Shown: positions 47,452 through 57,349 of the stretch, in pieces
Numbering within the stretch: the first letter of the stretch is position 1
How the letters are laid out: each line of letters opens with the position of its first letter
Source: an uncultured Lentimicrobiaceae bacterium
GTDB taxonomy: Bacteria > Bacteroidota > Bacteroidia > Bacteroidales > F082
Assembly: GCA_964459375.1 (NCBI GenBank)
Contig: CAYWLJ010000003.1
Location: 79,236 to 143,235, forward strand
Length of the DNA: 64,000 nucleotides
Direction: 5' to 3'
Position numbers and translations under genes: made by a program
Notes under the pieces: generated by a model
What the model was told of the DNA's origin: nothing
Databases searched by the model: none
What the model saw: only the letters and a program-made list of their open reading frames with translations

Positions 47452-48297
47452 CTATTCAAGGGCCTTTTCATGCCAGCCGTTGCTGCCATACACAAGGACT
47501 GTACGATAACCTGCATGTCGGATGGCATTGGTGGCATGGTCGAATCCGAGCTGCAATTCGGCCGGGAGGTGGGCATCGGAGCTGATGATTACTGGTATGC
47601 CCTTCCGGCACATTTCTTCCAACAGCCATTGCGAAGGATAAAGGTTATCGGACCGTTTTTTGTACAATCCACGCGTATTGACTTCGGCAATCAGACCCTT
47701 TTCAGCAATCAGACCAAGGGTTTCGAGGGCCAGCTGCCGGTACCAAACTTCATCTTCGGTGAAAAAGCGGTTCTGATTATGCATCTTGATCTTGTCCCAA
47801 TGCCCGATCACATCAAACTGCTGTGTTTCGATCATTTCGTTGGTTTGGTGATAAAAGGCCCTGACGGCCCTGCGGATATCGCCCTCATAAAACTCTTGTA
47901 GCCCGGCATCGTAAACGGCAACATCAGGCCCATCGGTAAACCACAGGTTTTCTTTAGCATGGCTGCCGACCAGATGCACCGAGCCGATCACGTAGTCCAG
48001 ATCGCATTGCTGGCTACGCGCGGAAAACGCTTGTGAGATGCCGGGGATGTAGTCCATTTCGATCGAGAGGTAAATCTGAAGTTCATCCTGGTATAGCTGC
48101 GCTAGATTTCTAACCTCCTCAACATAGTTTTGCAATTCAGATTCTTTAAGGCTAAACTTGTTGCTGAATGGCAGAGGCGAGTGGTCGCTGAAGCCAAGAG
48201 CCTTCATTTCCAAAGCTATAGCTTGTTTCACAAAAGCTTCAGGTGTGTCGCGACCGTCGGAATAGTGCGTGTGGGTGTGAAAGTTATAGCCAATCAT
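47452..48297 (-). CDS. histidinol-phosphatase, PHP family
   Basis: MIGYNFHTHTHYSDG ... GFSDHSPLPF. The start at 48297 is supported by a -7 box at 48314 that would lie inside the track's longer ORF (48339). Confidence 0.75.
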   Translation of the reverse strand: MIGYNFHTHTHYSDGRDTPEAFVKQAIALEMKALGFSDHSPLPFSNKFSLKESELQNYVEEVRNLAQLYQDELQIYLSIEMDYIPGISQAFSARSQQCDLDYVIGSVHLVGSHAKENLWFTDGPDVAVYDAGLQEFYEGDIRRAVRAFYHQTNEMIETQQFDVIGHWDKIKMHNQNRFFTEDEVWYRQLALETLGLIAEKGLIAEVNTRGLYKKRSDNLYPSQWLLEEMCRKGIPVIISSDAHLPAELQLGFDHATNAIRHAGYRTVLVYGSNGWHEKALE

Positions 48298-48313
48298 AGC
48301 AGAGATTTTCCGG

Positions 48314-48321
48314 CAAAGATA
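48314..48321 (-). promoter_or_regulatory. candidate -7 box (TATCTTTG)
   Basis: Plus-strand caaagata, 17 nt upstream of the ATG at 48297. Confidence 0.4.
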
Positions 48322-48391
48322 CCTCGTGCTTTCCGACAATTTCGGGAAACAAATTGTACTTTTAATCGTTTAGTGTTAAAGAACGCTAATC

Positions 48392-49012
48392 ATGGAAACC
48401 AAAGAAACTATGAACGTCAAAATTGCCAGTCCTGACCACGAAATAATGCCCCTTATTGCACAACGCTGGAGTCCCAGGTCTTATGCTGCCCGCATGGTGG
48501 AAAACGAAAAGCTGCAGCGCATTTTTGAGGCTGCCCGGTGGGCCCCTTCAAGCAGCAACAAGCAGCCCTGGCGTTTTATCGTCGGTTTTGCCGACGATGC
48601 GGCCTATCAGAAAATATTCTCGACCCTGGTGGAATTCAATCAGTTGTGGGCAGGTGCAGCGCCGGTGTTATTCCTTGCACTTGCAAAAATAAGCTCCGAT
48701 AAGAATCCGGGAAAAGAGAATAAATCTGCCCATTATGATCTTGGCCAAGCCATGGCCTACCTGACCTTTCAAGCCATGCACGAGGGCCTGTATGTGCATC
48801 AGATGGGCGGATTTGATGCCAAAAGGGCTGCGGAATTGTTCGGATTGACAGATGAATATAAAGTAGTTACTGCCAATACTATAGGTTATCTGGGCAATCC
48901 GGAAGCACTTCATCCCAATCTCAGAAAAATGGAAGTGAGTGCACGGGAGCGAAAGCCGCTTACTGAGCTGGTTTTTCACGAAGAGATGGGACGGGCAGCC
49001 GGGTTTCTCTGA
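48392..49012 (+). CDS. nitroreductase family protein
   Basis: RWSPRSY and EAARWAPSSSNKQPWRF motifs. 206 aa. Confidence 0.8.
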   Translation: METKETMNVKIASPDHEIMPLIAQRWSPRSYAARMVENEKLQRIFEAARWAPSSSNKQPWRFIVGFADDAAYQKIFSTLVEFNQLWAGAAPVLFLALAKISSDKNPGKENKSAHYDLGQAMAYLTFQAMHEGLYVHQMGGFDAKRAAELFGLTDEYKVVTANTIGYLGNPEALHPNLRKMEVSARERKPLTELVFHEEMGRAAGFL

Positions 49013-49044
49013 GGACGCGCGCAACAGCCGCTGCCCGGAATGAT

Positions 49045-49052
49045 TACTTTTG
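49045..49052 (+). promoter_or_regulatory. candidate -7 box (TACTTTTG)
   Basis: 16 nt upstream of the ATG at 49068. Overlaps the track's TTG start (49050). Confidence 0.4.
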
Positions 49053-49067
49053 CCAAAAAATAAGCCC

Positions 49068-50075
49068 ATGAGCCGTTTCACTGTCTTCATAAGCATTCTT
49101 GCTGTTTTTACTGCCTGCAACGCAACCACACGCAAGCCTGCTGTCTCCGAAGGTGGAAAGCAGCAAACGCGACAGGTGGAAATTCCTACTTTTTCTTCCG
49201 ATTCAGCATACAGATATGTCGCCGAGCAACTTGCTTTCGGGCCACGTGTGCCGGGCACTAATGCCCATGCAAAGGCATCCCAATGGCTTTATAAAAAAAT
49301 GAAGCAGTGGTCAGATACGGCTATCATTCAGGAGTTTAAAGCCAGAGTGTACAACAACAGCATTTTTGACGGGAAGAATATCATCGGCAGTTTCAATCCA
49401 CAATCCAAAAAGCGCATATTGCTTGCAGCTCATTGGGATTCAAGACCTTATGCTGATCATGACCCCGATCCCGCCAATCGGCGTAAACCCATCGACGGAG
49501 CCAACGACGGAGCAAGCGGTGTGGGTGTGCTGCTCGAGATAGCCCGCCTTTTGCACAACCATCCACTTGAGTCCGGCATAGGTATCGACATCATCTTTTT
49601 TGATCTTGAGGATTATGGGCCCCATCAGGACGACACGCGCAGCGGAAATAACGACGAACACTGGGCGCTCGGCTCGCAGCACTGGTCGCGCAATCCCCAT
49701 GTAGCGGGCTATCGTGCTCTGTTTGGTATTCTGCTCGATATGGTCGGGGCGCCGGGGGCTGTTTTTCCCCGCGAATATTTCTCGCAGCAATATGCCTCGT
49801 GGGTGCTCGATAAGGTTTGGCGCACCGCCCAGCGCATGGGCTACGACTATAAGTTTGTGAACAAACCCGGAGCGCCCATCAGCGACGACCACCTGCCCGT
49901 GAACCAGATCGCCGCAATCCCGATGATTAATATCATTCACCTCGACCCTGACAGCCGAAACGGTACTTTCTACGAATACTGGCACACCCTCGGAGATAAC
50001 CTGAGCCAAATCGATCCAAAGACCTTAAAAGCTGTGGGCGAAGTGGTTACAAGAGTGATTTACGAGAGTAAATAG
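49068..50075 (+). CDS. M28-family metallopeptidase / glutaminyl-cyclase-like lipoprotein
   Basis: Lipobox AVFTAC. LLAAHWDSRPYAD, DGASGVGVLLEIAR, FFDLEDYG metal-ligand motifs. Confidence 0.75.
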   Translation: MSRFTVFISILAVFTACNATTRKPAVSEGGKQQTRQVEIPTFSSDSAYRYVAEQLAFGPRVPGTNAHAKASQWLYKKMKQWSDTAIIQEFKARVYNNSIFDGKNIIGSFNPQSKKRILLAAHWDSRPYADHDPDPANRRKPIDGANDGASGVGVLLEIARLLHNHPLESGIGIDIIFFDLEDYGPHQDDTRSGNNDEHWALGSQHWSRNPHVAGYRALFGILLDMVGAPGAVFPREYFSQQYASWVLDKVWRTAQRMGYDYKFVNKPGAPISDDHLPVNQIAAIPMINIIHLDPDSRNGTFYEYWHTLGDNLSQIDPKTLKAVGEVVTRVIYESK

Positions 50076-50277
50076 TTCCGGCCGGCTATTGGGTAATCCC
50101 TTTGGCCACATTCGGCACAGCTTGATGCCTGCACTGAATGTCCTTTTCAATGGCGCACGTTATTCTCGTCTCAAAAAATAGGGAGTTTGCGCGAAACTGA
50201 TTGCTCGCGATGGTGAGTCGAAGTCAGGGGAAATTGACTGAACAACAAATCGATTCAGTACTGCATATTAATTGTAT

Positions 50278-50784
50278 TCAGGAAGCCGGGCCGTAGATAT
50301 CCTGAATCTCGCTTGCCAGATTTTCGGAAGCTTCCTCGAGCAGGTCTATAACCAGGTCGAAGCCATCGGCCCCGCCATAATATGGATCAGGGATGTGATC
50401 AAAATCCTTGCGATCGAGGAAATCAGCCATACGTACAACCTTATCGTTTTCTTCAATGGTATTGGCCAATTGGCGCAGGTTGTCGTAGTTGCTGTCGTCC
50501 ATGGCCACCAGCAGGTCGAAACGGCTGAAGTCGCTTCGGCGCACAGGCCGCGAAATGCTTGTCAGCTCGTATCCGCGATTACGCGCAGCCCGGCGCATCC
50601 GACCATCGGCAGGCTCACCTTCGTGCCATCCCGATGTGCCGGCCGAATCAACTTCAACATTGAGTCCGCGCTCGTGAGCGATGCGCTTGAAGATTCCCTC
50701 GGCAGCCGGCGAGCGGCAGATGTTGCCCAGACAAACAAAAAGAATACGATAAGGTTTCTTTTTATCAAAATCGCTGCGATTCAT
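50278..50784 (-). CDS. low-molecular-weight protein-tyrosine phosphatase
   Basis: P-loop ILFVCLGNICRSPAAEG and a C-terminal DPYYG. Confidence 0.88.
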   Translation of the reverse strand: MNRSDFDKKKPYRILFVCLGNICRSPAAEGIFKRIAHERGLNVEVDSAGTSGWHEGEPADGRMRRAARNRGYELTSISRPVRRSDFSRFDLLVAMDDSNYDNLRQLANTIEENDKVVRMADFLDRKDFDHIPDPYYGGADGFDLVIDLLEEASENLASEIQDIYGPAS

Positions 50785-50798
50785 TGCTTTGAAAGGGT

Positions 50799-51437
50799 TT
50801 ATTCGGGTGGCCGGTATTTGTGTTCGGGTTCTTCAGGAATAAGCTCATCATAGCGTCCTTCCCTGATCAGTTGCTGATTATAGGCCCGGCGATTGCGTTC
50901 AAGGCGACGCTGCATTCTGGCCGCGTCGTTGAAAAGATCATATAGCGTCTGAATAGGCCCTTTGATGGTCATGGGGGCAGGCTGCATATAAAGCAGGATG
51001 TCTTTCAGTTCCTCGTTGATCGACTCCAGATTCACCGGCTTGATCGAAGGCATGCGAACGAACATATGCCTGAAAGTAGGCCAGTCGTAAAATGACCTTA
51101 CAACTACTTCATCCATAGTTATGGTGTCTTTGGTAATCAGCACCTTCCAGCTTTCCTCAGGCCGCAGAAACGATTGATCGAAGGCCACAATTCGCCTCCT
51201 GAACCCAACCGCACTGAAAAAAACAGTATCCACCGGCAACGACCTGAGCGAAAAACGACCATGCTCATCGCTGATGGTGCCCGAGCGAGTCATCCTGCTG
51301 ATGATATGTACGTTCTTTTGCGGCAGCAAACTGTCGGACGATAACACAATTCCCTCGAGCCGTATATATTCCTGTGACACAGCAGGCAAAAATGGCAACG
51401 TCAGAAACAGCAAAAAAATAAAGTGCCTCTTCAACAT
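50799..51437 (-). CDS. CarboxypepD_reg-like domain protein
   Basis: Signal peptide. IRLEGIVLSSDSLLPQKNVHII ... SDEHGRFSL ... VFFSAVGF is the carboxypeptidase-regulatory-like beta-sandwich pattern. Confidence 0.55.
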   Translation of the reverse strand: MLKRHFIFLLFLTLPFLPAVSQEYIRLEGIVLSSDSLLPQKNVHIISRMTRSGTISDEHGRFSLRSLPVDTVFFSAVGFRRRIVAFDQSFLRPEESWKVLITKDTITMDEVVVRSFYDWPTFRHMFVRMPSIKPVNLESINEELKDILLYMQPAPMTIKGPIQTLYDLFNDAARMQRRLERNRRAYNQQLIREGRYDELIPEEPEHKYRPPE

Positions 51438-51589
51438 ATGGGATTGAACAACGAAAATAGTGTGAACATTCGTGCACTGAAGGTAATCGCCTGATAAAAA
51501 ATGTTAAGCATTGGCCAACAGAGTTTCCCCCTCATCGGAGCATAGTTATGTAATTCTGTTACTTTTACGCATCAAAAAATACGAAACCA

Positions 51590-52645
51590 ATGAAGATACT
51601 TTTCAGTGTTATTGCAGGAATAATCCTGATACCGGCGCTGGCTTTCGGATTGTTTTTGCTATACATCAACCTCACCGACTATCAACCTGAGCCTGTTGAG
51701 GAGCTCAGTACGCTTTATGCTTCGGTCAATCCGGGACTGGATACCGAAAATATTAGTCTGATTACATGGAATATTGGTTATGCCGGGCTGAACAGTGACA
51801 TGGACTTTTTTTACGATGGAGGGCATAGGGTACGCGATTCCAAAGAAGCCACACGTGACAACCTGAACCAGATCATCACTTTCATGCTGGCCAACCCGGC
51901 GGATATCTGGCTGATACAGGAAATTGATTTCAATGCACACCGCACCTATGGGCTCGATCAGTCAGCCATACTCGGTCAGGCCCTGCGAGACTATCACCAA
52001 ACCAAGGCCATCAACTACAAAGTGCCCTTTGTGCCTGTTCCGCTACGCGAACCCATGGCAAAAGTGCTGGCTGGACAAACCACCCTGAGCAAACCAATGC
52101 CGCGACTGGCCCGACGTTATGGTTATCCGTTGATTGCCGGATGGCCCGACCGGATCTTTCTGCTTGATCGATGCTTCATTGAGACCCGTTTTGAGCTGCA
52201 AAACGGAGCCGAGCTTGTGGTGCTCAACACCCACAACTCAGCTTTTGTGAAAAATCAACTCCTTATGGACAAAGAACTGGAGGTGATACGCAACAAAATG
52301 CTGCGCGAATTCGAGCTGGGAAACTATGTGATAGCCGGAGGCGACTGGAACATGAACCCACCTGATTTCAGACCTTCGGAGGGCTATGGCGGACATCGCT
52401 TCGAAGCCGTGCCTGTGAGTATTCCTGCCGAACTCCTGCCCAAGGGGTGGCAGCTGGCCTACGACAGCAGCATTCCTTCCAACCGTTTTCTCGATCAGTC
52501 ATACGTCAAAGGTACTACACGCACGACAACCATCGACTTCTTTGTGGTTTCGCCCAACATCAGCGTCAAATCGGTCAAAGCCATTGATCTGGATTTCGGC
52601 CCAAGCGACCATCACCCAGTGAAGCTCGAAGTGGCTCTGCGCTGA
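51590..52645 (+). CDS. endonuclease/exonuclease/phosphatase (EEP) family protein, membrane-anchored
   Basis: N-terminal TM helix. LITWNIGY, WLIQEID, NTHNSAF, GDWNM and a C-terminal SDHHPV. Confidence 0.75.
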   Translation: MKILFSVIAGIILIPALAFGLFLLYINLTDYQPEPVEELSTLYASVNPGLDTENISLITWNIGYAGLNSDMDFFYDGGHRVRDSKEATRDNLNQIITFMLANPADIWLIQEIDFNAHRTYGLDQSAILGQALRDYHQTKAINYKVPFVPVPLREPMAKVLAGQTTLSKPMPRLARRYGYPLIAGWPDRIFLLDRCFIETRFELQNGAELVVLNTHNSAFVKNQLLMDKELEVIRNKMLREFELGNYVIAGGDWNMNPPDFRPSEGYGGHRFEAVPVSIPAELLPKGWQLAYDSSIPSNRFLDQSYVKGTTRTTTIDFFVVSPNISVKSVKAIDLDFGPSDHHPVKLEVALR

Positions 52646-52777
52646 TTGAACCTTTTAGCCTTCACTGCAGTTATTAGTGAGGGAAAGTGAAAACAAAACG
52701 TTAAAGTTTTGATTATAATTATTTGATTGACAATTTGATGTATGAGTTCCGCGTTATCCGGCCTCAACATAAAAACC

Positions 52778-53215
52778 ATGAACAAAAAGACTTCTTTAAT
52801 GCTACTTGCTGTGGTGGTAATCGGAGCCATAGCCGCTGCCTGGGTGTATTTTTTTGTTTATAACAAAAAGCACCCTGAATTTGAGAAACTGAAACCCGCG
52901 TTCACCCTTGAGGCTGCGGAACTCTTTGAATCATACCGCAACGACAACCATGTTGCCTCTGCCCTTTACAACGGTAAAATGGTGGCTGTGCGCGGAACGC
53001 TGAGCGCCATTGAACAGACCGACGCACTGACAATCGCCGTATTTGTTATCGAACAGGGCATGTTTGGCGACGAAGGGCTGCGCGTAAGCATGCTTCCGGC
53101 GCAAGCCGAAAAACTGAAGTCAATAGCACCGGGTTCGCCAGTCAGCATCAAAGGGTATGTTACAGGTTTCAACGAGTCCGATGTAGTGCTCGAACATGGT
53201 TCAATCAATGAATAA
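52778..53215 (+). CDS. OB-fold (tRNA_anti-like) membrane-anchored protein
   Basis: MNKKTSLMLLAVVVIGAIAAAWVYF anchor. ELFESYRNDNHVASALYNGKMVAVRGTL pattern. An alternative ATG lies at 52742. Confidence 0.55.
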   Translation: MNKKTSLMLLAVVVIGAIAAAWVYFFVYNKKHPEFEKLKPAFTLEAAELFESYRNDNHVASALYNGKMVAVRGTLSAIEQTDALTIAVFVIEQGMFGDEGLRVSMLPAQAEKLKSIAPGSPVSIKGYVTGFNESDVVLEHGSINE

Positions 53216-53233
53216 TCGTTAAAAACATTTATT

Positions 53234-53785
53234 ATGAAAACTTTGCTTTCCTTCACCATCGTATTACTGCTCAGCGTTCAGCTGAATGCTCAGCGCTATG
53301 CCACCAAAACAGGCTTCATCCGCTTCTATTCCGAAGCCCCTGCCGAAAACATCGAAGCTGTTAACCGACAGGTAAACAGTGCCCTCGACACACAAACAGG
53401 CGATTTTGTGTTTCGCCTGTTGATGAAGGGGTTTCAGTTCGAAAAGGCACTGATGCAGGAGCATTTCAATGAATACTATGTGGAGTCGCATAAATTTCCA
53501 AATGCCACATTTAATGGCAAGGTTGTCAATTCCGGAAGCATCGACTGGAGCAAAAATGGAACGCACAATGTGGAAGTAAGTGGCGATCTGACCATTAAAG
53601 GTGTAACAAGAAAGGTGACGGAAAAAGGAACCTTTGAGGTAAAAGACGGTGTAATAATTGGAAAATCAAAATTTTACGTCAAGCTCGCCGATTACGACAT
53701 CAAGATTCCAAAGGCGGTCGTAAAAAACATTGCAGAAACAATCGAAATAAATGTGGATGTTTCGCTCACTGCATTGAACAATTAG
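53234..53785 (+). CDS. YceI-family periplasmic protein
   Basis: Signal peptide. SKITFxxxxP-like FIRFYSEAPAENIEAVN, FQFEKALMQEHFNEYYVES, GDLTIKGVTRKV. Confidence 0.8.
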   Translation: MKTLLSFTIVLLLSVQLNAQRYATKTGFIRFYSEAPAENIEAVNRQVNSALDTQTGDFVFRLLMKGFQFEKALMQEHFNEYYVESHKFPNATFNGKVVNSGSIDWSKNGTHNVEVSGDLTIKGVTRKVTEKGTFEVKDGVIIGKSKFYVKLADYDIKIPKAVVKNIAETIEINVDVSLTALNN

Positions 53786-53839
53786 CGGCCGGTTGATGTT
53801 TGAGGATTGGTTTTGGTTATACATTTCAATTCACGCTTT

Positions 53840-53879
53840 AAACCGGATCTGAGGTTCCCCACCCAATCCGGTTTTTTTT
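53840..53879 (+). terminator. Rho-independent terminator after the YceI gene
   Basis: Stem aaaccggat / atccggttt, 17-nt loop, followed by T8. Confidence 0.7.
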
Positions 53880-53894
53880 GTGTAATTTGGCTGT

Positions 53895-54593
53895 ATGCCT
53901 TTTCCGGTCGAGATCATCTACAACAAAGAGGATTTGCTGGCCATCAACAAGCCGCACGGTTTGCTAGTGCACCGAAGTCAGATGGCAGGTCAAGTGCACG
54001 AGTATGCCCTTCAGATGGTGCGAAATGCCCTTGGACGTAAGGTTTACCCGGCTCACCGCATTGACAGGAAAACTGCCGGAGTGCTGCTTTTTTCCACTAC
54101 ACCCGAGCTGAACAGCCTGATGCAGCAGGCATTCATGAACCGTGAGGTCGAAAAAACCTATCATGCCATAGTTCGTGGCTGGATTGAAGATGAGGGGACC
54201 ATCGATTATCCTCTGGCCAACGAGACGGGACAACTTCAGGATGCTATTACTTTCTACAGATGCCTATCTCGTACTGAGATGCCCTGGACATCTGCAGGCT
54301 TTGGCACCTCGCGCTATTCCATGGCCGAAATCAGGCCGGGCACCGGACGGCTGCATCAGATCAGAAGGCACTTTGCCCACATTTTTCACCCTGTGATCGG
54401 CGATGTAAAACATGGCTGCAACAAGCAAAACCGACTGCTGCGGCAACAGTTCAACCTCAACATCATGCTCCTGCATGCCTGTAGTTTGCGATTTAAGCAT
54501 CCCTTAAGTGGCAACGAAGTGTTTATTCATGCTCCGTATCAGGGCGAGTTTCGCCGTTTTGCCCGACTGTTGGGCTTTGAGGTTTTTGATTAG
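53895..54593 (+). CDS. truC: tRNA pseudouridine synthase, RluA family (TruC-like)
   Basis: LLAINKPHGLLVHRS, HRIDRKTAGVLLFS (catalytic Asp), YHAIVRGW ... IDYPL, HQIRRHF. Confidence 0.7.
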   Translation: MPFPVEIIYNKEDLLAINKPHGLLVHRSQMAGQVHEYALQMVRNALGRKVYPAHRIDRKTAGVLLFSTTPELNSLMQQAFMNREVEKTYHAIVRGWIEDEGTIDYPLANETGQLQDAITFYRCLSRTEMPWTSAGFGTSRYSMAEIRPGTGRLHQIRRHFAHIFHPVIGDVKHGCNKQNRLLRQQFNLNIMLLHACSLRFKHPLSGNEVFIHAPYQGEFRRFARLLGFEVFD

Positions 54594-54604
54594 CCTCCGA
54601 TCTC

Positions 54605-54612
54605 TATCTTTG
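54605..54612 (+). promoter_or_regulatory. candidate -7 box (TATCTTTG)
   Basis: 20 nt upstream of the ATG at 54632. Confidence 0.4.
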
Positions 54613-54631
54613 TTGCTTTTAAAATTTGCGT

Positions 54632-55282
54632 ATGGATTGGATTCAAAACGTGAGCCCGCTCGAATGGCTGGGTTATGCTGCTTCGGCGGTGGTGGCTGTT
54701 TCGCTGGCTTTAAGTTCGGTGGTTAAGTTCAGGATAATCAATCTGATTGGTGCCGCCATGTTTTCGGCCTACGGTTTTATTATTGGTGCCTATCCGGTGG
54801 GAGTGATGAACGGGCTGATTGTGTTGCTGGACTTGTATTATCTGGTCAGGATTTTTGGTGCCAAAGAGGTTTTTGAGGTGCTCGAAATCCAGCCCGACAG
54901 CCGCTACTTAAGACGATTCCTTGGGTTTCACCGCAAAGAGATTCAGCGCTTTTTCCCCAAATACCATTTTAACCCTTCAGCCGATACCATTTCGTATTTT
55001 GTGTTGCGCAATATGGAGGTGGCCGGAGTATTTGCCGGATCGCCCGACAAGGAAGGCCGGCTTAATGTGAACATCGATTATGTGATACCCCGTTTTCGCG
55101 ACTTCAAGAATGGGAAGTTTGTTTACGGCCATCTTGGGCAGAAACTGGCTGAGGCAGGCATAAAAACCATCATCACCCGGCCTGCTACAAAAACACACGC
55201 CCAATACCTGATCAGGATGGGATTCGAAAACACGCCTGAGGGTTATTATTCAAAGGCCCTTTTAATGGACATCGCTATTTAA
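54632..55282 (+). CDS. YgjV-like membrane domain fused to a soluble C-terminal domain
   Basis: EWLGYAASAVVAVSLALSS ... IINLIGAAMFSAYGFIIGAYPVGVMNGLIVLLDLYYL (3 TM helices), then a roughly 140-aa alpha/beta domain. The track start at 54626 is TTG. Confidence 0.5.
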   Translation: MDWIQNVSPLEWLGYAASAVVAVSLALSSVVKFRIINLIGAAMFSAYGFIIGAYPVGVMNGLIVLLDLYYLVRIFGAKEVFEVLEIQPDSRYLRRFLGFHRKEIQRFFPKYHFNPSADTISYFVLRNMEVAGVFAGSPDKEGRLNVNIDYVIPRFRDFKNGKFVYGHLGQKLAEAGIKTIITRPATKTHAQYLIRMGFENTPEGYYSKALLMDIAI

Positions 55283-55895
55283 GGGTGCTTAATCCCTGAA
55301 GGGCATCGGCATCGTTGGGCCTAATGAGCAGGGCTTTCTGAAACATCACTTTGGCTTCGCGGAGTTGTCCCGATTTGAGGCGGGTCCATGCCACCATAAT
55401 CACGGTGTCATAGTCGAAGGGATAAAGGTTGAGCACCTTTTCAAAAAACCGCAAAGCCTGTGCATATTCCTGTCGTCCGTAGTGAATGAGCCCCATGCGG
55501 TAGTTGGCCAGTGTATTCATGGGGTCGATTTTCAGAATGTCGCGGTATTGTTTTTCAACCTGTGCCCAATTGCCAAGGGCAGCTGCCGGAAGCACATAAC
55601 CCAGCTTAGCCTCGGTAGAAACAGGCATCAGCTCGATACTCTTCTGGTAGTAGGGCAGAGCGTCGGTAAAGCGGCCCGACATATAGTAGAGCCATCCCAG
55701 CCTCAGGTTGAGTTCGTAGCTGTCTGGCCTGTAAACATTGAGCAAAGCCTGAATGGCCTGCGGGTACTCGCCCTTGTTTTCGGCTGCGTAAGAGGTTTCG
55801 AATGCTTTGACCAGTTTTTCCTGATCCTGGGCGTAGCTGCCTGATGCAAAGGCAAGCAAAAACATCATGAAAAGGGCTTTTCTCAGAAATTCCAT
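55275..55895 (-). CDS. secreted tetratricopeptide-repeat protein
   Basis: Signal peptide MMFLLAFASGSYAQ. Four to five TPR units (YPQAIQALLNVY ... , FTDALPYYQKSIEL ... , WAQVEKQYRDILKIDP ... , YAQALRFFEKVLNLYP ... ). Confidence 0.7.
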   Translation of the reverse strand: MEFLRKALFMMFLLAFASGSYAQDQEKLVKAFETSYAAENKGEYPQAIQALLNVYRPDSYELNLRLGWLYYMSGRFTDALPYYQKSIELMPVSTEAKLGYVLPAAALGNWAQVEKQYRDILKIDPMNTLANYRMGLIHYGRQEYAQALRFFEKVLNLYPFDYDTVIMVAWTRLKSGQLREAKVMFQKALLIRPNDADALQGLSTLK

Positions 55896-57349
55896 ATCAA
55901 TCCTCCGATAATTCCATGTGAAGTTAGTGATTTAGCTGAAATCTGCAGCTGCTGCTCGTTGTCGATTTGTTCTTCCAGATAAAAACTCCTGCTCTGACGG
56001 TAGCGTATGTTGATGCCGAGCCGGGGTATAAGTTGGTGGTAGAAAGTGGCGTCACCAAACAGCATAATTTTTTCACGATGGTTTAAGGTGACATAACCCC
56101 ATTGATCGGCCATGCCATTAAGATGTCCGGCTATTGCCACTGCCGAGAGGTAGGTTTTCCGGCCAAGCCATTGCCCGGCAGAGACTTTCACAGCCGGACG
56201 CAAGCTGCCTCGTGTGCCAAGCAAAAATATTTCGGTCTGTTGCCAGGTTCTGGCATTCCCTGCCACCCGCCAGGTATAACCCAGCTGTAGTTGCAATATG
56301 CTGGTATCGTTTACCCTGCCGAGGTGTATTGCGGCTCCGGGACTTACCCCTCCAAAATGCATCACCCCTCCCAGCACAAAGCGGTAGTCGGTGGTCTGCC
56401 ATAAAGTATTACTAACACGAATGGCAGGCACATCGATGCTGAATAAGGTGGCAAGGCCGGTGTTGAGGTCAAGCCGGGCCGTGTCGGTGAATGTTTTGCT
56501 TATTTCCTGAGCATAAGGATATTCGCCCTCAAGCTTTGAGATCCCTGCCGAAGCCACCAGCATGATATGGTGCGCAGGGGCGTGGCGCATCTGAAGGTAG
56601 GCCGTGTTCTGAACTACAGAGGCCCCGGAAGTAAACACTGTCGGTTCAGTATCGATACGGTAGTAGAAATCTTTGTAATTCCCGTTGATTTCCACCCTGT
56701 CGGTTTTCATTTTCGGATTCAGGTAAGCATAGTTTTGCCCGAAAATATGAGCAAAGTGTTGCGCTCCGGCATATAACATCCAGCCGGGCTTAAGTTGCAT
56801 CCACAATCCGGCATCAGCCACTCCGCTGCTGGTAAGTCCTGACTGACTACCGTACACCCCTGCTTCGCCAGCCAGGGTTTCGAAGTTTTCCGATGTTTTG
56901 TGGTTGGATATGGTATTTCCGACATCCACATGAGCGGTCAGCAGTCCAAATCCGGAACGAATAGGCAGGTCATTGCGCTGACTTTCGGGCAGTTTGGCAA
57001 ACACCGCCCCGGCCTCAGTTGGCATAAGGCTGTATTGTCGGGCCAGCACTAAAAGGCGTCTTGCCTGTGGATCGGACGGGTTAAACTGCAACGCTTTGCT
57101 CAGATGCCTTGCGGCCTGATCGTATTTGTGAGTTTCTATCGCAGCCACTGCCAGACGCATCCGCAAAAAATAATAGTCGACACCCTGACGATGAAGCTGC
57201 CGGCCGGTGCGCAACAAATCGTCCCACCTGCCCTGCTGATAAAGCTGCCAGCTGAGGCTGTCGGGATTGAGCGAACGACTCCATGATTGCGCGCGCAATG
57301 CCATAGCAACAAACAGCAATAGCAATGTAAACAATATATTCCTAAACAC
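55883..57349 (-). CDS. outer-membrane beta-barrel protein with N-terminal TPR-like region
   Basis: Signal peptide ...AMALRAQ. Helical repeat region (about aa 25-115). Then alternating beta-strand pattern ending GIIGGLIWNF (aromatic C-terminus). Confidence 0.5.
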   Translation of the reverse strand: MFRNILFTLLLLFVAMALRAQSWSRSLNPDSLSWQLYQQGRWDDLLRTGRQLHRQGVDYYFLRMRLAVAAIETHKYDQAARHLSKALQFNPSDPQARRLLVLARQYSLMPTEAGAVFAKLPESQRNDLPIRSGFGLLTAHVDVGNTISNHKTSENFETLAGEAGVYGSQSGLTSSGVADAGLWMQLKPGWMLYAGAQHFAHIFGQNYAYLNPKMKTDRVEINGNYKDFYYRIDTEPTVFTSGASVVQNTAYLQMRHAPAHHIMLVASAGISKLEGEYPYAQEISKTFTDTARLDLNTGLATLFSIDVPAIRVSNTLWQTTDYRFVLGGVMHFGGVSPGAAIHLGRVNDTSILQLQLGYTWRVAGNARTWQQTEIFLLGTRGSLRPAVKVSAGQWLGRKTYLSAVAIAGHLNGMADQWGYVTLNHREKIMLFGDATFYHQLIPRLGINIRYRQSRSFYLEEQIDNEQQLQISAKSLTSHGIIGGLIWNF

